A DNA stretch of 64,000 bases from Eledone cirrhosa (Eukaryota). A program made the translations under genes and the position numbers. Positions 34,405 through 46,326 of this stretch are shown in pieces (positions within the stretch are counted from its first letter, which is position 1; the number at the start of each line of letters is the position of its first letter). The stretch is taken from the NCBI GenBank assembly GCA_964016885.1, contig OZ024757.1, positions 36,022,001 through 36,086,000 of the forward strand, given 5' to 3'. The notes under the pieces are model-generated. The model had not been told where the DNA came from and did no database searches. It saw nothing but the letters and a program-made list of their open reading frames with translations.

Positions 34405-37400
34405 GACACAAAGCAGGCTTTGTTTACAAACAGCTAGCAAATTTGAAAATTAGGTAGTAACATGTGCTTACACCATATTTCATCATCATCATCATCATCA
34501 CCGTTTTACGTCCGTTCTTCCACGCTAGCATGGGTTAGACGGGTTGTCCTGTTGTGGGCAGTGTCTGGTCAGCTGACCATGCCTTGCTCATACAGGAACT
34601 GATTTTTGGCTTGATTTCTACAGCTCGATGCCCTTCCTAACACCAACCTCATTTACAGTGAGTGCTGGGTGCTTTTTCGTGGCGCCTACACGTCCACTTT
34701 ACAGTGTGGGCTGGGTGCTTTTTTGCCGTGGCACCTCCACGACCACCTTGCAGTGGGAGGGTGTGGGGGCATATTGTCTATATGCTTCAGCTTGTACCCA
34801 TGGGAGGTCGGGTACTCTGTATTATATTTGACTAAATAAAATCAGTCTGTTAGTTGGCATTTTAAAAAATCCCTCTGAATAGTAACATATTGTAACTCAT
34901 TGCCAGACCAATGTGCTACAATGTGTTACCATTACACCAACATGCCACCCATACTTCCTTCAGTTACAAGCTATATAGCCATAGCAGATATATATATGTA
35001 TATAAAGAGGGTATATATATATATATATATATATTTCATTTTTGTATTTGTTTTGCAAGGTTTCTTATCTGAAAATCTGTGTTGAAACAGATATTGTTAT
35101 ACTCTGGGAGGGTCATGTTATACTTTGGGAGGGTTATGTTGTTATACTTTGGGAGGGTCATGTTGTTATACTTGGGGAGGGCCATCATGTTATACTTTGG
35201 GAGGGTTATGCTGCCAATAAAAACAGACGCACCTGTTGGTTTTCACTTCAATTTATTATAGACTTCCAGTTAGTTTAATAACTGGGTGGTTGTTTAGTTG
35301 TTGATTGTCAAAGCACTTTTGTCACACATTCTGTGACCTCCTCGGTGATAACTTTTGTTGTTATTTTATGTCTCTCATGTGTTCTGTTCTACATCATCTT
35401 GTTTTTGTGAGCTCACAAAATAACAAATTAGTTGCTGAGGAGGTCACAGAATGTGTAACAAAAGAGGTTTGTCAATCAACAACTAAACAAGTTAGTTTAA
35501 TAACTGGATGTTAATAATAAATTGAAGTGAAAACCAACAAGTGCGTCTGTTTTTATTGGCAATATGACCCTCCCCAAGTATAACAATCTGTTACTATATA
35601 TATAATAGTAACAGCAGTAGTATCATCATTCGTTTCTGTGAAAATATACACAAGTTCAACTGAGCATAACAAAAATTTGCACACACACACATATTATTGT
35701 GGGGTAAATATAATATGAGTCTCACTATGAATATTTAAAGCCGTGATCATGTCACAGCTATTTCAGTTGCCTGTGAAAATGTCAGAGATGTGTTTCTGGC
35801 CAGCTGTAGCTACACTACTATACTCACCTGGACAAAATCTTTCTTTGATTCCTCCACTTTAGGGATATCAAATGGCTTCCAACGGATCTGAATATTTTTT
35901 GTAAATGAAAAGAAAGAATATTATTATTACAATCACCATAGTAATTATCTTTGCTATCACCACCCCTACCACCACCAATACCACCACCATCACCAACTTT
36001 GCTACCTCCATCACAAACATCACCACAACCACCACTACTACTGCTAACTACAAGTTTTTTCCCTTAAAACGAAAGACAGATTGTATGAAGCTTATGTACA
36101 AACTGCAATGCTGCATGGAAGTGAGAGCTGGGCACTGTGTGCAGAGGACAGAAAAGAAATGAAGCTTGCATGCTTCGATGGATGTGCAATAGTAATGCGC
36201 ATGAACTGAGAGAGAAACTGGGCATAAGAGGGGTCAGATGCAGTGTGCAGGAGCGGAGACTGTAGTAGTATGGACATGTGATGTGTATGGAGGATGACAG
36301 CTGTATCACAGATGCAGGACACTCAAAGTTGAATGAGGAAAACCTAGGAAAGGTTGGGATGAAGTGAAAAAAGCTGACCTTGCTCAGAGGAGATGACACA
36401 GGATCAAGTTCTCTGGTGTTATGCTATACTACAGAAGACACCATCCCATGTGCACAGGATGAAACAACTAGTCTGCACCAATCTTCTCCCTATCCTTCCC
36501 CATTCCCCCTCAACAGCTACACATCTTATCCATGTCAAAATTACTTGTTTCCCCCACCAAACACCCACTCTTCACTCATGATACGCTTCTTGCGCCCATC
36601 TCAAGCATATAAGCATGAAAGCTAAACACACTCTACACCTTATCTCCCACAATGCTGTTGCCACAACAAAAATGCCCCTTGTCTACTTTGTAAGGTGGTT
36701 GTGCTGGTGACACAAGAAAAAGCACCCCGTCCACCTTTATGGTGGATTTTAGTCTTCACATTTATTATTACTATTATATATATATATATATATATCATCA
36801 ACATCACCATCATCATCGTCGTTTAATATCTATCCTCCACGCTAGCATGGGTTAGACGGGAATTGTCCCACTTGGGGCAAGATTGATCAGGTGGACTGTG
36901 TTTTTTTGTCATGACACCTACACAACTTCTTTAGTTTGGACTAGATGTTGTGGTACCAACATAACTTTAGAGAGAAAGGGTGGTGTTGGTGGGAGTGAGA
37001 GGATAGAGTAGGGGTACTTGGTTGGGGTATATATTTGGTTAAGAAGTGCCTATATATTTATATCATCATTTCATTTCATTTTATGTCCGCTTTTTCCCTG
37101 CTTGCAAGGGTGGGACGGGAACTGATTCTGGCTTGATTTCTACAGCTGGATCCCTTTCCTAACACCAGCCTCATTTACAGTGTGTGCTGGGTGCTTTTTT
37201 GCCATGGCACCTCCATGACCACTTTACAGTCCCTATCATCTCATTTCTACAGCTGAGTAAACTGGAGCAATGTGAAATAAAGTGTCTTGCTCAAGGAAAC
37301 AACACATCACTCGGTCTGAGAATTGAACTTACAACCTTGCAAGGCCAATGCTCTAACTACTAAGCCATGTGCCTCCATATATAATCACATACACACACAT

Positions 37401-40400
37401 ATATATATATATATATTAATAAATGGAAACTATATTTATAAAACCATATTTATTTTATTATATATATTCAAGGGCAACCAAGGGAAATTATGGTGTGCTT
37501 TCATCAGATAAAATAGATTTGTTTTATAAATAAATATTGACATACCTGGAAAAAAAAACAACCTTAATAGTTGGAGCTTCCTATGTCAATATTTATTTAT
37601 AAAACAAATCTGTATTTTATCTGATGAAAGCGCACCATAATTTGCCTTGGTTGCCCTTGAAATATATATATATATAATAAAATAAATATGGTTTTATAAA
37701 TATAGTTTCCATTTATTAATATATTATGTATTTACTCCACTAACTTGTTGAGTGCTTTATATCAGTTATAAAAAATTTTAAGCTTGTTGAATCCCAACAA
37801 ATTAAATATAACCTCTACATATATATTATATATATATATATAAAATATGATACGAAACGAAAGGAGCTGTGGTTACTAAAAACAAGGTTTAGGATGGTGG
37901 TTAGGACGGAACCAGAGGAGAAAAGAAGAAAGGAGAAATAATCCTTCATCAGCTGTAAATATCCACGATCAGATGTTTTGGCACTGAATTACAGGACACC
38001 TGTAGCGATCGGGAGTGCCCGAGACCCTTTATTAATCAAAAGACCAGGAGGAAAAAGAGAGAGAAAGGAAAGAAAAAAAGATATATATGCATGCATATAT
38101 TTAATCAAAGGTAATATATTAAAGAGGAAAATAATTAAGGTAACATAATTAGACATACCTGATTAGGGTTTGGTTCAATATCGTCCCAGTTGTTTGTGAG
38201 TAAACCCCTGTCAATCTTATCGAAAGGAAGGTGGACAGCTGATGGACGCATACGGTAAAGCCACCTGAAGGGTTATACAGGTGTTAGATATATTTAATAC
38301 CAAATATATTTAATACAAAATTAATTCATATCTTTTATATTCCTTAATACTTTTACCTCCTCCTACTTCTACCTTTTACCTCCTCCTACTTCTACCTTTT
38401 ACCTCCTCCTACTCCTACCTTTTAGCTCCTCCTACTCCTACCTTTTATCTCCTACTCCTACCTTTTATCTCCTCCTACTTCTACCTTTTACCTCCTCCTC
38501 CTACCTTTTATCTCCTACTCCTTCCATTTATCTCCTCCTACTCCTTCCATTTATCTCCTACTTCTACCTTTTACCTCCTCCTACTCCTACCTTTTACCTC
38601 CTCCTACTCCTACCTTTTACCTCCTCCTACTTCTACCTTTTACCTTCTCCTACTTCTACCTTTTACCTCAACCTTTGTCGTGTGACTTATTAAGTAAATG
38701 TGAGGACAGAACAAAAAAAGGAAGGGAAAAGGAAGGGAAAAGGAAGGGAAGATGTAATAAAACAGCCCAACGCTGCTCTAAGTTGATACTCAGTCGTCAT
38801 TCAATATAAAGCCAAATGAAAGGAAAATATGATAATCATAATAATAATTGTTTCTACTTTTGACACAAGGCCAGCAATTATCCCAGTACATTACTGGTAC
38901 TTTATTTTATCGACCCCGTAAGGATGAAAGGCAAAGTTAACCTCGGCGGGATTTGAACTCAGATCGTAAAGGGACGTAACTCTATGCCTCAAAGCATGGT
39001 GTCTGACTCTCTACCGATACTGCCAATTCATAATAATAATAATAATAATAATATTTTCTTTATGAACCACAAGGGTTTACAAATGGGGGTGGGGGGGGGT
39101 GGGGGTTCTGTGTGTAAAAACAAACATAAAACAAAAACAAAGGATGTAACAAAACAAAAGAAAATTCCCCAATTGAGGGGAGATTTCCGAGGGTCACTCA
39201 TGGAGAAAGCCGACAAAAACCACAGTCACCCTCCTGACTGCCAGGACCCTCTCCCAGGTATCCTCCTTCAATCTACAGGCACATGCTCAGAGCAGGCCCA
39301 TTAACTTGGGCCATTTTTGCCTCTTTCACCCATCTTTCAAGATATTTAAACAAACAGGTTCTGTCAATAATAAACCATGGTCTGGTGGAATCATGTGTTA
39401 GTGAAGAAACTGTAGCATCTGTAGAAGAAGACTTTGTGGAAAGTCCAAGAAAAATATTAAAAGCCTCATCTTTAGAGATGAGGCTTTCAAAATCTACTGT
39501 ACATAAGATTCTGTGGAAAAACTACACATGAAAGCATAGAAAAGCCAAATAGAAGACGATTATTATGCATGAGTAACTTTCCGTCATCAGTTCAATGAAA
39601 AAATTAAAATCAAATATTCATTTTTGAATAATTTAATGTTCTCCAATGAAGCAACATTCCACATTAGTGGCAAGGTCAACAGGGAGAAATTAGAAATAAG
39701 AGGGATCAGATGCTGTTTACTCGAGAGAAGACTACGTTGGTACAGTCACGTGATGCGCATGAAAGACGACAGCTGTATAAAAAAGTGCAGGGCGATAAAA
39801 ATAGACGGTCGCCACGGAGTAGGCAGACCCAGAAAAACCTGGGACGACTTGATAAATTCCGACCTCACACACTTACCCTCTCCAAGACAATGTCACTGGA
39901 TCGAGATCTTTGGGGCTACACAGTAATACAGAAGACCCGCCTTGCCTAAGTACAAAGCGAAACCTACAGTCAGTAGGCACCTCTAACAAAAATACACCCC
40001 CGTCCCACTACCCCCACCCCATCCACACCACCCCATTCGATGTAAAGTTATGTTGGTACCACAACATCCAGTCCGAAACAAATGAGGTCGTGTAGGTGTC
40101 ACGACAAAAAAAACACACAGTCCACGCTGTAATGTGGCCGTGTGGGTAACACGGTAAAAACCTCCCAGTCCACACTGTAAACGTGGTTGGTGTTAGGAAG
40201 GGCATCCAGCCGTAGAAAACCCGCCAGACAGTCCTATACGAGCAAGTCAACCACTCTTGCCTCAAGTGGGAAAATTCCTGCCCAAATCCATGCAAGCGTG
40301 GAAGATAGACGTTAAACGATGATGATGATGAGATCCTAACAATAGAAAAACCCACAGTCAACTGGGTCAAGGACACTGAGCGCAGCCAGTTCGAATCTTG

Positions 40401-43400
40401 TCTTTCTTTCACCGATAACAATGTATTTTATGTCTGAAATTATTGACTCAACCGTAGACACTATGTAGATCTACTTTATTCCCTATTGTATAAATAATAT
40501 TACAAAGAAAAAAAAGTTAAAAAAACACAGAAGCGGGTAGCATGTACATCTAAGACCACATACAACACATAAGCAGGTAATACACGCATCTAGGACCACA
40601 TGCAACACATAAGGAGGTAGCACACACATCTAGGATCACATACAACACACAGGCAAGTAATACATACATTTAGGACCACATACAACATATAAGCAGGTAA
40701 TGCAAACATCTAGGACCACATACAACACATAAGGAGGTAATACATATATCTAGGACCAAATACAACACACATTGTATCATGTCCTACGGACGACGCAAGA
40801 GCAATGGTCGGCTAACATAAGGGTTTCATTACTCTTCTGAAGAGAGAAAATCTATCTGTATTTGTTGTTCATTGTGTCATTCATCGACAACACTTGGCTG
40901 TGAAGAAACTCAGCAAGCCACTGAGCAAGTCCTTGCAGGTGGCCATTGATGTCATCAATTTTATCAAATGGCATTCCCTCAATGAACGAATTTTCTGGCA
41001 ACTGTGCCAAGATAATGACGAAGAATTCGTCAAGTTGCTCCTTCATAATGAAGTGAGGTGGCTTTCAAAAGGCAAGTGCCTTACTCACTTCTTTGAACTG
41101 TTCGACTCCATCATTGAGTTTCTGTGAGGACGCAACACAGAACTGTACAAGAAAACCCTCGATGTGAGGCAAAACTGCGCCTACCTCACCGACATCTTCG
41201 CCGAATGTAATAGAGTCATTTTGGCTTTGCAGGGAAAGAAGATCACCTTGCTTAAAGCAAGGAATGCTGTGAAAACATTCCTGTCATCGAAAGGAATCTT
41301 TGTTGACGGGAATTCTATAATTTTCCTAGTGTTCAAAACATTGTAAGCGATGACCAACTCTAAATTTATACCGCTCACCTCTGTGCGCTACAAGACAATA
41401 TGAGAGAACGGTTTGTCGACTTTATGCTGATGGACATCCCAATGTGGGTAGCAGATCCCTTCATAGCTAACGTCGATGATTTGGACGTTATATTTCAGGA
41501 AGAATTCATTGAACTTCAAGCAGATGACATGATCAAAATTAGATTTCCCAAAATAGGTGAACCCCTTTTTTGAATGCAAGAGGAAATTCAGCGTCGATTT
41601 CCACTCCTACATGCAGAGGCTAAAAGATTTGCTCTGCCTTTTGCAAGCTCATACTTAGTCGAGAGGAGGTTTGGTGCTGTTTCCAGACTGCGCAGTAAGG
41701 CTCGCAACCGCTACAATGTAATTACACGTGGAGATCTCCGGCTACATCTTATGAAAATCCAGCCTCATGTCAAAGAGTTAGCTAGACTCCATAAAGTTCA
41801 AGGGTCCCATTGAAATGAGGTCTGACTGGACTGGAAACCATCTACTACAATTTACTTACTCATTTGTTGTATATATTTTACCATTTACTAATAAATATAC
41901 CCTCCCATGTGGTCACGAAAACCCTCTTCCGTGGTCTCTAAGCTCATAAAGCAGAGGGGGACATCAAGTTAGATATCAACATTTATTCTGTCCGTTTCAT
42001 TAAAGGGAAAATTGGAAAGCTTTGAAATGATATAATTGCCACTTCCTTCCAGATAAGAGCACTCTTTGGATAGACAGAGTTGCTCTTGTATAAATGTTCA
42101 AAATAGCTGGTATCGCCTGGTGGGAATATAACAAATTCAACTGGTCCTTATTCATAAAAAAGAACATTTATGTTCCTTTTTTTGAAATTTATATATTTCC
42201 TTTCAAGGAATGTATTTATACTCTCAGCTGCCTGCAATGGTATCTTTGGAATATTGTTAATCAATTTTTTAGTAATCTACTGATATCAATATCAGTAGTA
42301 TATTGAAAAATGGAAAAATAGGGTAGGGGGGGGGCGTTTCATGATTTCGAGGGACAAAAGGGGGCGTTTGGCCTAAATGGGTTGAGAACCTGTGCTCTAC
42401 AAATTAGGCAGTTTCTAAATGAAAAAAATTTGAATTTAAATATTTCTTCTTTCTTATCCTTTTTACAGATTGTTTCTATCAAGTATAGTTACAAAGCTAC
42501 AAGTATTTTATATTGCACTTTATGGACACCCATCACAAACTACTAGTCATGCCTTTATCAAAAGTGAACTTACGTGCGTTGGTTGCTATTTCTGGGGGCA
42601 GTAAATGCTGTCCCTGAAATCACCTCAGCATACAAACCATATGGACATTTCTGTGGGTTGTTCTGAAATGAGAGACGGTATGGTGATAGAAAGACAGTTG
42701 AAGGATGAGTAAGGTAGTGGTAGGGTGTTGGGTAGGACGAGAATGCAAGGACCCCTCTTTATTTCAGACACGGATGACCAACATAATTCCGTCTCCCACA
42801 CCCCTCTTCGTTTTACTGTTGGTGCATAGTATATCTATATTTCTAGGTGTTTCCATTTGTGAACAACCTAGATATACCTGTCAATGGGTAAAAAGTGATT
42901 CTCTTGTATTCAATTCTACAAATTTGAACCTCTGAGACTGAGCTTTATTTATGGTCATAGCAAAACTGGTTCTAACAGGGAACTGAAGTCTTGAGAATTT
43001 GAATGGCAGCTCAGTAGAGGAAGAGATAAGAGGAATCTTGGGAATAAATGCATTTTTTCTTTGACGATTGCCTCCCAAAATAGTGACCTCTAAGAGATGG
43101 TTCATCTTCCGCCTGACAGTAAAGCGTTTGTCATTACAGAGACGTGGTTGGTCCATGTTTCTCAAAAGAATGATGGAAGTTCCAATCTTTGATATTATAT
43201 ATAAATGTTTCTCTGTGTGTGTGTGTGTGTGTGTGAAAACCAGCGTTCGGATCGGAGATGCTGGCCTCAAAACAATCATCACTGACAACGAACACGCAGA
43301 GAGAATCCCTTGTGGTTGATTCCCAACCTGCTAGAAATAGCAGTCAGGTTGGTTAGCATACCCGGGATGTTTTTCTTCTTTGATGATATAAAATTAGTAT

Positions 43401-46326
43401 CAATAAACCTTCCTGGATATACCCTTATTTCATTGCTGTACAAACTTTTCGATTGTCAGTTTTTGATTTTGTGTGATGTGTGAAGGAACCAACCAGCAAA
43501 CATCTCTCTTTTATATTATGTGTAGATATATAATAGACAAAATTCTTTCTTCAGCCTTGAGGCAAATCAGGACGGTGCTTATCCTGGTTTCCATGCCATG
43601 AAGCGACTGAGAGTGCAAGACTTCCCTCTGGACAAGACACCAGTCTTTCACAGGGTCAAATCCCCAGCTATTGCTGGTACTCACTTTAAGCTGTGTAAAC
43701 TGGAGTAATGTGAAATGAGGTGTTTTTCTCAAGAACACAACACACAACACAGTCTAGGAATCGAATCCACTACCACTAGTCCTCTACATATGTATACATG
43801 CTTATACATTCAGAGTGTACTGGGTGCATTTATCATGTAGATCACCAACACTAGGGAGGTTGTTGAACAACTGAAAAGCCCTTCAACCGTTAATTGGCAA
43901 GGTTTCTACAGTCACATGACCTCCCTATCACCAGCTTACAGAGTGTAACATGGTCTCTACAGTGACATGACCTTATTATCACCACCTTAGAGTGTAACAT
44001 GGTCTCTACAGTGACATGGCCTTATTATCCCCACCTGAGAGTGTAACATGGCCTCTACAGTGACTTGGCCTTATTATCCCCACCTTAGAGTGTAACATGG
44101 CCTCTACAGTGACATGGCCTTATTATCCCCACCTGAGAGTGTAACATGGCCTCTACAGTGACATGGCCTTATTATCCCCACCTGAGAGTGTAACATGGCC
44201 TCTACAGTGACATGGCCTTATTATCCCCACCTGAGAGTGTAACATGGCCTCTACAGTGACATGGCCTTATTATCCCCACCTTAGAGTGTAACATGGTCTC
44301 TACAGTGACATGACCTTATTATCCCCACCTTAGAGTGTAACATGGCCTCTACAGTGACATGGCCTTATTATCCCCACCTGAGAGTGTAACATGGCCTCTA
44401 CAGTGACATGACCTTATTATCCCCACCTTAGTGTGTAACATGGCCTCTACAGTGACATGACCTTATTATCCCCACCTTAGAGTGTAACATGGCCTCTACA
44501 GTGACATGGCCTTATTATCCCCACCTTAGAGTGTAACATGGCCTCTACAGTGACATGACCTTATTATCCCCACCTTAGTGTGTAACATGGCCTCTACAGT
44601 GACATGGCCTTATTATCCCCACCTGAGAGTGTAACATGGCCTCTACAGTGACATGACCTTATTATCCCCACCTTAGAGTGTAACATGGCCTCTACAGTGA
44701 CATGACCTTATTATCCCCACCTTAGAGTGTAACATGGCCTCTACAGTGACATGACCTTATTATCCCCACCTTAGAGTGTAACATGGCCTCTACAGTGACA
44801 TGGCCTTATTATCCCCACCTTAGAGTGTAACATGGCCTCTACAGTGACATGACCTTATTATCCCCACCTTAGAGTGTAACATGGCCTCTACAGTGACATG
44901 GCCTTATTATCCCCACCTGAGAGTGTAACATGGCCTCTACAGTGACATGGCCTTATTATCCCCACCTGAGAGTGTAACATGGCCTCTACAGTGACATGGC
45001 CTTATTATCCCCACCTTAGAGTGTAACATGGCCTCTACAGTGACATGGCCTTATTATCCCCACCTTAGTGTGTAACATGGCCTCTACAGTGACATGACCT
45101 TATTATCCCCACCTTAGAGTGTAACATGGCCTCTACAGTGACATGACCTTATTATCCCCACCTTAGAGTGTAACATGGCCTCTACAGTGACATGGCCTTA
45201 TTATCCCCACCTTACAGAATATATTGGGTGCACCAGGACTTGTGAGGATGTCCGTGATTAATTCAACTGAAGAATCCTCACTACCCTACAGTGAGGTGGG
45301 GGAGGCAGGGTAAGACTGATAAGTATGTCATGGGTGTATGACAAGTATGGTCGGGGGGGGGGGGGATTTGACAGGGTGGGTGTAGAAGGTAGTGTTGTGA
45401 TAACAGCTTCTAAGGGAAGGGGATGTGATTGAAGTGTCAGGATTGTTAGTGGTTGCTTACTGTGATCACTTTTGGATAAAACCTTTTCAATGTCAATAAC
45501 TGTCTGATCAATCCAAACCCCTCCCTGGTTAACCTCTACCACCTTCTGTTTGGTTTTGGTCATGTCAGGTGTGCACCCATACTCACCATACTTGGAGGTC
45601 CTCCACCATTTTTGCAGCTGTTTTTTTTTGTGCTAGTGATGTTCCTCTTACCCTCCTCACCAAACTAGGTTTGGGAGGGGGAGCTGGTTAAGTTGCTGAC
45701 CACTCAACCATGAAGCAAGTTGTACTGGGTTACATGGAACTAGCAGGAGCCTGACCTGGCCTGATATTGACCACGAAGTGGGTTGTACTGGGTTATATGG
45801 TACCAGTAGCAGGTAGAAGCCTGACCTGGCCTGATAATGACCATGAAGTGGGTTGTACTGGGTTACATGGTACCAGTAGCAGGTAGAAGCCTGACCTGGC
45901 CTGATATTGACCATGAAGTGGGTTGTACTGGGTTACATGGTACCAGTAGCAGGTAGAAGCCTGACCTGGCCTGATATTGACCATGAAGTAGGTTGTACTG
46001 GGTTACATGGAACCAGCAGGAGCCTGACCTGAATTTACTATCTGATAACATTAAACAGATAAAGTATTCGAGAACCACAAATTTTGATATCATCATCATC
46101 AACGTTTAACCATGCTGGAATGGGTAAGATGAACTGATAACAATAACCAATTGATAAAATTATCTATGATTATATTAAACATCTTCCATTGGATATAGAC
46201 ATAACACTTACCTCGAAAAGCAGTTGTTATGATGAGAAAGTCGTCTCTACTTACCTGGCCCTTGGGTAAAGAGTTCGGGCAACGGGAGTCTTCAGAGGCA
46301 AATTCATTTCCAAAGCCGGACATATA
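21909..46326 (-). CDS. HGD: homogentisate 1,2-dioxygenase, spliced CDS (14 exons found; first exon uncertain)
   Basis: Exons join in frame with GT-AG sites: 72+89+106+60+92+35+80+100+122+105+127+53+129+129 = 1299 nt. Motifs [58 protein letters not shown] and AFMFES are present, including the Fe ligands (His of YYH, Glu of MSE, His of TPH). Confidence 0.97.
22734..22862 (-). CDS. HGD: HGD exon [43 protein letters not shown] (129 nt)
   Basis: caacag|GCGTCG ... ACCATG|gtaagt. Confidence 0.95.
23265..23781 (+). mobile_element. RTE LINE 3' end
   Basis: MLHGSETW...[11 protein letters not shown] followed by cccacccttgcaagc...aaatgatgatga tail. Confidence 0.9.
23850..23902 (-). CDS. HGD: HGD exon [17 protein letters not shown] (53 nt)
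   Basis: ttacag|GTAACTGT ... GCTAAG|gtaacc. Confidence 0.95.
24166..25443 (+). mobile_element. Tc1/mariner DD37D (maT-type) transposon, degenerate, in HGD intron
   Basis: Imperfect TIRs (tgtaacaggtaaattgggac / gtcccaatgtacatgttaca) and TA on the left. Transposase motifs DEKKF, QDSTSAH and PDLNLCD, with 37 residues between the 2nd and 3rd Asp when the stop is read through. Confidence 0.88.
26088..26214 (-). CDS. HGD: HGD exon [42 protein letters not shown](R) (127 nt)
   Basis: tgcag|GACCCG ... CACC|gtatgt; visible in ORF 26017..26316. Confidence 0.96.
26414..26518 (-). CDS. HGD: HGD exon [35 protein letters not shown] (105 nt)
   Basis: ttacag|GATCAT ... CACGCT|gtaagt. Confidence 0.95.
26895..27492 (-). 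mobile_element. CR1/L2-clade LINE 3' fragment
   Basis: [35 protein letters not shown]. Confidence 0.88.
28013..28134 (-). CDS. HGD: HGD exon [40 protein letters not shown] (122 nt)
   Basis: tttcag|GCCCC ... GTACAG|gtaagt; visible in ORF 27962..28327. Confidence 0.95.
28596..28695 (-). CDS. HGD: HGD exon [33 protein letters not shown](G) (100 nt)
   Basis: atcag|CAAGGT ... ATTG|gtgagc. Confidence 0.95.
29620..30230 (+). mobile_element. RTE APE endonuclease fragment
   Basis: [37 protein letters not shown]. Confidence 0.85.
30345..30424 (-). CDS. HGD: HGD exon [26 protein letters not shown] (80 nt)
   Basis: ttacag|TTCCT ... ATTCAG|gtaaag. Confidence 0.95.
30622..30682 (-). ncRNA. type I hammerhead ribozyme motif (minimal stem III), sense within HGD intron
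   Basis: Minus strand: tattttat CTGATGA gagcgtacca aagttt tggtaccctt GAAA tatatATA atagaata. Stem I 8 bp, stem II about 9 bp, palindromic stem III, AUA triplet. Confidence 0.75.
30774..30808 (-). CDS. HGD: HGD exon [11 protein letters not shown](V) (35 nt)
   Basis: ttccag|ATGTTTC ... ATTG|gtaagt. Confidence 0.95.
33322..33413 (-). CDS. HGD: HGD exon [30 protein letters not shown](K) (92 nt)
   Basis: ttttag|GGTCTG ... AACAA|gtaagc. Confidence 0.95.
35828..35887 (-). CDS. HGD: HGD exon [20 protein letters not shown] (60 nt)
   Basis: ttcag|ATCCGT ... GTCCAG|gtgagt. Confidence 0.95.
36065..36470 (+). mobile_element. degenerate RTE fragment
   Basis: Decayed MLHGSESW / [10 protein letters not shown] segment. 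Confidence 0.75.
37451..37515 (-). ncRNA. hammerhead motif, same family, GAAA reduced to GAA (degenerate)
   Basis: Inverted partner of the 37613 copy; minus strand reads CTGATGA aagcacacca ... tggttgccctt GAA tatatata ataaaata. Confidence 0.5.
37613..37684 (+). ncRNA. type I hammerhead ribozyme motif with (TA)7 stem III
   Basis: tattttat CTGATGA aagcgcacca taatttgcct tggttgccctt GAAA tatatatatatATA ataaaata. Perfect 8-bp stem I; stem III of 5 bp with a 4-nt loop. Confidence 0.75.
38159..38264 (-). CDS. HGD: HGD exon [35 protein letters not shown] (106 nt)
   Basis: cttcag|GTGGCTT ... AATCAG|gtatgt. Confidence 0.95.
38350..38670. repeat. about 23-bp pyrimidine-rich minisatellite
   Basis: cttttacctcctcctact(t/c)ctac. 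Confidence 0.92.
39375..39680 (+). mobile_element. Tc1/mariner-superfamily transposase fragment
   Basis: [19 protein letters not shown]...SKSTVHKIL...[15 protein letters not shown]; joined directly to an RTE fragment. Confidence 0.7.
39681..40331 (+). mobile_element. RTE LINE 3' end with 3'UTR
   Basis: Near-identical to 55372-55800 but about 230 nt longer after GRPRKT. Confidence 0.85.
40550..40770. repeat. 40-bp minisatellite
   Basis: taggaccacatacaacacataagcaggtaatacacacatc, about 5.5 copies. Confidence 0.9.
40790..42394 (+). mobile_element. hAT (Buster/ZBED5-like) transposon relic, 5' truncated
   Basis: [22 protein letters not shown] and [13 protein letters not shown] motifs with stops and frameshifts; right end ggttgagaacctgtg resembles a hAT TIR. 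Confidence 0.85.
42574..42662 (-). CDS. HGD: HGD exon [29 protein letters not shown](T) (89 nt)
   Basis: tttcag|AACAAC ... CGCAC|gtaagt. Confidence 0.95.
42881..43190 (-). mobile_element. Helitron PIF1 helicase fragment
   Basis: [14 protein letters not shown] and [39 protein letters not shown]. Confidence 0.88.
43940..45213. repeat. 49-bp minisatellite
   Basis: agagtgtaacatggcctctacagtgacatggccttattatccccacctt, about 26 copies. Confidence 0.97.
45708..46031. repeat. 70-bp tandem repeat
   Basis: Units start at 45841, 45911 and 45981. Confidence 0.93.
46255..46326 (-). CDS. HGD: HGD exon [24 protein letters not shown] (72 nt)
   Basis: acag|TATATG ... GGCCAG|gtaagt. Confidence 0.95.
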
